This document shows, piece by piece, positions 56,232-64,000 of a stretch of 64,000 nt of DNA. The DNA lies in NCBI GenBank assembly GCA_964016885.1, contig OZ024741.1, forward strand, positions 124,434,001 to 124,498,000, written 5' to 3'. The notes below the pieces were generated by a model, which worked only from the letters and a program-made list of their open reading frames with translations, did no database searches and was not told where the DNA came from. Within the stretch, counting starts at the first letter, position 1. Each line of letters begins with the position of its first letter. Both the position numbers and the translations under genes were made by a program. This stretch comes from Eledone cirrhosa (taxonomy: Eukaryota).

Positions 56232-59200
56232 TGAAAATAGGGAGAAAAAGACAATTATTAGGAACAAAAATATATTTGTTTTCTTTTTATTTTTTTTTTT
56301 TTTTTCTGAGTTAGAACATGTTTAAAACAAAATATTTTACTTTGTGTGAAGTGTTGAGGTATTAGTTAATTTATTTATTAATTGACAATGGCATTTATTA
56401 ATTTATTTATATATTTAATAATTATCTATTACCGGTTTCAGCATTTTATGCATTATCAAAAGGGGTAATATGTATTGGTATAAAATGGTGATGTTGAACA
56501 TGTTAAGGAAATGGTGAAGAAAGAATAATGTTATTTACAAACAAGTTTTTTGAAGTGAAAAGAAAAAAGAAAAAAAAGAAAAAAAAGGGGTGGCTAATGT
56601 CGAACATAATAGGGTAATGGGAAATAAAAAATAATATTATTTACAGGCATAGTTCTTGAAGATAAGCAGTTCAAAATGTGTTATTATGTCAAGAGTGTTC
56701 AGTTGATCCATGATAGAGCCAAATGGTAGTCTGGGGTTTGATATGATTTCCCCTTTTAGAGAGTTAATATGCAGAGGGGGGTAATTCAGGGTGGTCAAGT
56801 AAGTGAGAGAGAGTATACAATTTATATAAGAAAAAGGATTAGGTAGGGTGTTAGGGAGGTATATCTTTAGAGAAACATGGGGATTTGGTTTTGGTTCATT
56901 GTTCGTTCCAGCTTTAGTTTAGTCCGAAGTTTAGTCCATTAAGTAGAGGTTGGAATTTGTCAATGAAGTACGTTTCCTTATTGGTACGATGGATGAAAGA
57001 AGCGTTGTCTATGAATTTGTAAATGGGGAAAATTGTTAAGTTTGGATGTTGGTTAGGTGCACAATTGGCGAATATGTTCACTAAACACAATCTTTATGAA
57101 TTCCTGTATTTTGATTTGTGATCTATGGGCGGACATACGTTGTCGGAGGCTGTTTTTTGTTTGTCCTATGTAGTTCTCTTGACAACCTGAGCGGGTCAAA
57201 ACATAGATTAGGTTTTCAGATGCACATGTAAAGTTGTGTTTAACTGTGAAATGTTGTCCTTGTTTAAAATGGAATGTTGAAACTTCTATTAGATTTATGC
57301 ATATGCTACAGTTGGGTCTTCCGCATTTTGTTACTGTAGGGTTCATTGTGTGGGTTGGTTGGATTTTGGCTTCTGTGAGGATGTTTTTTATGGATTTAGG
57401 TTGTCTTTTGCTCTTTATGATGTTGTGTGTTTGGAAGATTTTGTTCAGTCTTGGGTCTGTTTTTAGTAAAGGAATGTTCTGGAGGATGGTGTCGAATGCC
57501 TCATTGTTGAGGGGGTTGTATGTGGAGATGTATGGTAGAGTTTTCTGTTGCGGTTCATTCCTGGGTTTGGAGTGTCTGAGTTCCTGGATGTTGCGTTTTA
57601 GGGCACGTTGGAATCCATTATTGATTAGGGATGGCGGGTAGTTTCTGCTGATAAGTGTGTTCTTTAATTATTCTAGTCGTGTGTAGCATGTGTATTTATC
57701 TGAAACTATTGTGCAAATCCTTCTGGCTAAGTTTATAAGGAATTGCAATTTTGGTATGGCGAGGGTGGTAATAGTTGAATGGAAGATATTGTTTGGAGTC
57801 TGTGGGTTTGTAGTATATGTCTGTTTCTATTTTGATGTTTGTTTTCTTGATGAGGATGTCGAGGAAAGGGAGTTATTCATGGCTGTAATCCATTGTAAAT
57901 TGTAAATTTGTGTTGAGTCCATTTAGAAGGGTTTTTTAACACAATCAGTCTATCTATACTATCATGCCAGAGGATGAAGCAGTCGTCCAGATACCTCTTC
58001 CAGTTTTTTCTATGTGTAGGTAGAAGTGGTTACCGTATTTGTCTAGAACTTTGCGGTAGAGAGTGGTTTTCAAATATCTCATGACAAGGTTGGCGTATGA
58101 GGGGCTACTTTCGTGCCCTTGGCAGTCCCAGATTTCTGTCTGTAGCATTTGGCATCGAATTCGAAGAAGTTGTTTTCCAAGATGAATTTGAGTCCCTCCA
58201 ACACAAATTCTTTAGGGATGCGCTGTGGAAGTTCACTAGGGAAATGTTCAAGCCAGAATTGTATTGCCTCTATACCTAGGTTGTGTGGGATATTGGAATA
58301 TAAATTGATGACATCTAAGGTTACTAGTAGGGTATGTTCATTATTGAGTGTTGTTGGGAGGTGTTTGAGCATGTCAAGGCCGTCCCTTATGTAGCTTTTT
58401 ATGTGTTTTAGGAAAAGTTTAAACAGAATATCTAGGAAGTTGCTTAAGCAGTGGGTTTCACATGTGGTACCTGCTATTATGGGTCTTAATTTAAGGTCAT
58501 CAGGAGGGGGTATATTGGTGTAAATGTCTGTGGCTTGCAGGCCGTGCCTATTACTTCGCTTTTGTGTGTCTTTGAGATACCGTAGACGAGGCCGGTTCTG
58601 CTTTTGAAATTAGTGATGTAGTTGTATTCTTTGTCTGTAAGGCCTTCTTTGTAAAGGGTTGTTAGAGATTTTAGGTTTCTCATTATTTTCTGTTGTGTAG
58701 TGTTGCGCCTTTTCGTAATATGTTTGGTTTTCTAGAGTTGAGAGTACTAGCGTCGTGTAGTAATCTGCACTCCCTTTAATCTGCCTCTTTGATTGTTAGG
58801 GTTTTGTCGTTCTGTAGACTATTAAGACCATTCCATTCTTTTTTGCTTAGGTTTGGTTTTTGTTTATGTCTGTGTAGGTGGTCGTATGGGTAATTAGTAA
58901 TGTGTTCGCAGAATTGATCGAGGAATTTGTCCTTGCCTTTTGGTGGGGTGTAGTTGCTTCTATTTCTGGCTATTGAATCATATTCATTGTATTTGTCGTA
59001 TAGTTGCTCGCTGAGTCTTTGTTTTCTGCAGAATTCTGCAATATCATCCTTCATTTCTGGGTAGTTTGGTCGTTGGAGAGTTGGTGTAAAGTTTAGACCT
59101 TTGGAGAGTATGTTGATTTGGTCTGTTGTTAATTAATAAATAAATTAACTAATACTTCAACACTTCACACAAAGTAAAATATTTTGTTTTAAACATTTTC

Positions 59201-59284
59201 TAACTCAGAAAAAAGAGAAAAAAATAAAAAGGAAAAAAATATATTTTTCTTCCTAATAATCGTATTTTTCTCCCTATTTTCATA
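56228..59284 (-). mobile_element. 5'-truncated Penelope-like element C with inverted pLTR
   Basis: ILSKGLNFTPT, IKEAD, LDVINLYSNIPH, GTAKGT, RYLDDC, CGRPNCSIC, LIY..YIGQT; 56228-56390 is the inverse of 59127-59284. Confidence 0.88.
56425..56465 (-). ncRNA. HHR-like motif, U3-A8 core
   Basis: Minus strand TTGATAA-T GCAT aaa ATGC T-GAAA-CCGG-TA; stem I eroded. Confidence 0.55.
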
Positions 59285-59299
59285 TATATATATATATAT

Positions 59300-60490
59300 A
59301 AGTATTTATGTATGTATACGTACATACATATATGTATACAGACGTTCAGTAGTATGTCACCTTTTTGTTCAACAGAGACACAGGAACGATGTACTAATTT
59401 CAAGCTTATTAGCTATCGTCAGCATCGTATACCTTCCTGCCAGATGGTTGAACGTCTAAAAGTATATACTTTCCTTATGCATATTAACGGCTGAGCAGCC
59501 TAATTTGCATATCGAGTGAGTTCAGTCGGCCGAGAACACCGAAAACGATAAATGGAATGGAATGAAACGAAATTTCATTTCTCACTCTTAATACGGTACT
59601 TACTTAAAGTAAGTATGTATGTATGTATGTATGTATGTATGTATGTATGTATGTATGTATGTATGTATGTATGTATGTATGTATGTATGTATGTATACGT
59701 ACATACATATATGTATACAGACGTACAGTAGTATGTATATGTATACATACATGCACACATATATATATGCACGTATCTGTTTACCGAACATTTATTATAA
59801 TTCTCGGTTTGTTTGTTTGTAAATAAACAAACAGCCCGAATTACGCCGTACAGTGTTTAGGCAACCATGTCACATTTTTGTTCAACACTGACACAGGAAC
59901 GATGTACTAGTTTCAAGCTTATTGGCTTATACATACTACTGTACGTCTGTATACACATATGTATGTACGTATACATACATACATACTTACATTTAAGTAA
60001 GTGCCGTACTAAGAGTGAGAAATGAAATTTCGTCTCATTCTATTTCATTTATCGTTTTCGGTGTGCTCGGCCGACTGAACTCACTAGATATGCAAATTAG
60101 GCTGCTCAGCCGTTAATATGCATAAGGAAAGTATATAAGTTCAGACGTTCAACCATCTGGCAGGAAGGCATACGATGCTGACAATAGCTAATAAACTTGA
60201 AACTAGTACATCGTTCCTGTATCAGTGTTGAACAAAAAGGTGACGTGGTTGCCTAAACACTGTACGGCGTAATTCGGGCTGTTTGTTTGTTTACAAACAA
60301 ACAAACCGAACATTATAATAAATGTTCGGAAAACATATATATATGTGTGCATGTATGTATATATATATATACATACTACTGTACATTTGTATACATATAT
60401 GTATGTACGTATACATACATACTTACATTTACGTAAGTGCCGTAATAAGAGTGAGAAATGAGATTTGGTTTCATTCTATTCCATTTATCT
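59300..60490. mobile_element. Non-coding tandem and inverted ~440-510-bp repeat with HHR in each unit (candidate non-LTR retrozyme)
   Basis: Units on minus (59300-59928) and plus (59929-60490); HHR at 59385-59429(-), partial at 59899-59927(-), and 60172-60215(+). Confidence 0.7.
60172..60215 (+). ncRNA. Type I hammerhead ribozyme of the tandem repeat
   Basis: ACGATG-CTGAC(A/G)A-TAGCT aata A(A/G)CTT-GAAA-CTAG-TA-CATCGT; 6-bp stem I; consensus of the copies is canonical. Confidence 0.8.
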
Positions 60491-60493
60491 ACA

Positions 60494-60602
<109 letters not shown>

Positions 60603-60746
60603 TTATATATGTATGTAATCTGAGTTTGTCGAATACTAATAATAATATTCGGTTCGTTTGCAATTATGAAAACAATCCTCATTTTTAAAACCATGTCAGT
60701 AGAATGAGCCCCTCATCCCTGCTATTATGTTGGCATGTAAACAGAA

Positions 60747-60792
60747 CTGCAGACACTAATGTTTCTGGGCATGACCCTTCATCAGTACTGCT
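60747..60792 (-). ncRNA. HHR-like motif
   Basis: Minus strand gcagta-CTGATGA-aGGGtcatgCCCa-GAAA-CATTAG..ctgc. Confidence 0.55.
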
Positions 60793-61115
60793 CACTGTTC
60801 ACCTGCCAACTGTCAAAGCTATTGAAAATATATGCTATTTTCGAAAATATATAGTGACTGTTCGGCCTGATTTGCATATTACCAGACTGGCTGATCAGTC
60901 AGATCTTCATATTAGCAGATCCACTAGTCACCCAGATTTGCATATCAGCAGACTGTCCAGTCAGTTTCCTGTATACGAGCGATCAATGGCCGCCTTTGCC
61001 ACATTCAAATAAAAAAGAAATTTTCGCTCTACATGGCTGAATACAATAGATGTAATCTGATTTTTTCGAATATTAATAATAATATTCAATTTGTTTGCAA
61101 TTATGCAAACAAGCC

Positions 61116-61850
61116 ACAATGTCCCGTCACTCCCGCGCACTTCGCTCGCCAGCTTTAATCCCGTTGCTGTCTGTCGATCAGTGGTCAATAATTGTACACG
61201 TCATCGGTATTTTTTACCACTCATGGCCGTCAATTATTTGCTTCCTTTCATATGCCACCTGTCAATCAAATATATGCGTATGAATATTTATCAAAAATTC
61301 TTTTGAAATAATTTATTTTTGCAGAGGCCCTTTCAGGCATTTTTTTTAAATGTTCTTTTATAAAGGTTTTTTTTCTTATATGTGTGTTTTTTAAGATATC
61401 TTGAGGGGGTGTTTTTCTGAAACGTTTTTTTTTTAAATGTTTTTACATTTTTTTTTTTATTCTTTCTAAATATTCGCTGGACATTTAATATTTACTGTGA
61501 TTGTCGCATATAATACAGCTACGAGTGTGTATGTTATTGTTGTGGGTGTATACGTGTCCATATGTATCACGCCTGCGTGATACATATGGACATGGGTGTG
61601 GGCGCCTACAGGCCGGCAACGCTGCGACAGGGCACGAGCGTTTCAATTATACAAACCCTTACCTCCTACAGTAGTAATTCCGATATAAGAAACAACTTTG
61701 GTTGACAGGTGGCATATGAAAGGAACCAGATAAATGACGGCCATTAATGGTAAAAATACCGATGATGTGTACAATTCTTGACAACTCGTCGACAGACAAG
61801 AACAGGATTAAAGCTGGCGAGCGAAGGCCGCGGGAGTAACTGGACATTTG
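61116..61850. repeat. Element with ~155-bp degenerate inverted repeats and an internal 18-bp hairpin
   Basis: 61116-61270 is the inverse of 61697-61850; palindrome at 61555-61592. Confidence 0.7.
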
Positions 61851-62094
61851 GAAACTCATCTTCTAAGAATCCAGACGTATCTGAGGATCTTGCGATTTCA
61901 GAGTCAGTTTCGATTATTGCATCGATCGGGCCTCGAGCTGGTCGCCAGAGAAACGATTGTAATATGTCTAATACATTTTAATTCGTCGCACCACTGATTC
62001 TCCGTTTCTTATGTGATATTATACTTTGTTCTGTAAGAGCATCGAGTGCTCAAACGGCCTACCACATACGGACGCCTTAAGCAACCCACACCAA

Positions 62095-62180
<86 letters not shown>

Positions 62181-62347
62181 GTGTGTATATATATATACAT
62201 ATATGCCTTTACACACACACACTTGTATATTTATACATACATATATATACGTATATGTATATATATGTATATATATGTATATATATATATATACATATAC
62301 GTATATATATGTATGTATAAATATACATGTGTGTGTGTGTAACGGCA

Positions 62348-62395
<48 letters not shown>

Positions 62396-63453
62396 TGCCT
62401 TTACACACACACACATGTATATTTATACATATATATATATACGTATATGTATATATATGTATGTATATACATATACGTATTATATACGTATATATACGTA
62501 TATATACGTATATACATGTGTGTGTGTGTGTGTAAAGACATATGATGCACATACATGTATTCACTGATTTAGCGGAATCTATACCGTCGAAATTTAATTC
62601 TTGAAATATTCATCAGAAATTATAAAATTATAATACAATCCCTGCAGTTATTTTCTTTGAAAAATACGTGTACAGCAATGCTCTTTTAACTTGATTCCAT
62701 CTAGAATAAAATTAATGAATATTGTAGTTTATAATGTGAGAAAGCAACACATTTTTACAATTATTTCATATAGGAAATACATTATCATTCTATATTAATT
62801 CATATTATTTTATATATTCTCAAATCATTGTATATATTCTCATATCATTGTATATATGTTTATACCATTGTATATATTATATCACCGTATATAATCATAT
62901 AAGATATTCTGTGCTTTTATGTAAACAATGAAGTGTTAAGATACGCTCATAAACACAAAACCACTCTTAACACACTTGTAGATGCATGCATATATGACGA
63001 TAACAGAATTACTCTAAAAATGGATAATTTCTTTCTTTCTATTCCACTACGAATTCATTAAACAAGAGAGTAAACTCGGAAATTGTCCATTAATATTTAA
63101 AGAATTATATATATCGTTGTTTTTTTTTCCTTTCCGCATTCCTTTCAAATGTTCATCAACTTATGTGAAGATTTATAAAGCCTTAAATAATCATGGACTC
63201 GGATAACAATGCCCGTAAATATGTGTGTGTGTGGTGTGGGGTGTGGGTTTGCGCGCGCGCGCTTATGTGTGCATAGAATAATAAAAGCAGAAGTCATGGT
63301 TCAGTGTTTTACGATCGTTTCGTATAGCTGATTAATCGAAGGAGGTCGATGTATCGACTAGAATGGTAGTGGTTATGTTACTACCTATATCTAGTACAGA
63401 AAATCCTGTTCAATTGGCCGTCCTCCTCTGAGGAAATAAGTAACTAGTGACAA

Positions 63454-63570
<117 letters not shown>

Positions 63571-63649
63571 CATGTATAGGTATATATACATACACACACA
63601 CACATATATATGTTTCTGTTTTTATGCGTTTTGGTGTTTTTGTGTCGTA

Positions 63650-64000
63650 ATATTGTCATGCGATGCGATTTTAATCTTCCTAGTGGGTTTTAACGATGAT
63701 GTCAACATCATTTGGTCGATGCTGATTGAACATTTTACACATCATGCAGATAATATAGTGCTCACGGTGAAATTGGAGAGAATGTAGTTTGAGCTTTTTG
63801 TTGTCGACCCCAATAATCAAGGCCAGTCATGCCATCTAATTTTTGTAATTGACTATTAGGGTGCTTAAATGTTCATAATACTTCGTTTCGTATGAGGAGA
63901 CCAGATTAGACAACAGTGTTTAAGTTGGGGCCATTTTCATCTGTCGGAAGGCCAACGGTGGAGACAGTGACCTTGTGTTTTTTCGCAAATGAAAAGAATT
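63650..64000 (+). pseudogene. Possible decayed LINE RT fragment
   Basis: FNL...HHADNIVL resembles the YADD region; weak. Confidence 0.25.

Overview
AT-rich eukaryotic, repeat-saturated DNA with no recognisable host gene. The SINE families and microsatellite load resemble an octopus/cephalopod genome (inference). Contents: (i) at least 7 Penelope-like retroelements (PLEs; RT and/or GIY-YIG), several with inverted pseudo-LTRs, inserted in (TA)n; (ii) a 13-kb chain of R4/Dong(+), Tx1/L1(-) and R4/Dong(+) LINEs stacked in one (AAT)n site; (iii) RTE, CR1-like, piggyBac-like and Helitron-like relics and many tRNA-type SINEs. Most notable: about a dozen type-I hammerhead ribozyme (HHR) motifs from about 10 families, including U3-A8 and U4A core variants; a non-coding tandem/inverted ~440-510-bp HHR repeat (candidate non-LTR retrozyme, 59.3-60.5 kb); a PLE whose 5' end coincides with its predicted HHR cleavage site; and two divergent PLE families with a ~400-aa ORF1 joined to RT-EN by a conserved U_UUU_UUA -1 slippery site. 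All coordinates were read by eye and element boundaries are approximate.
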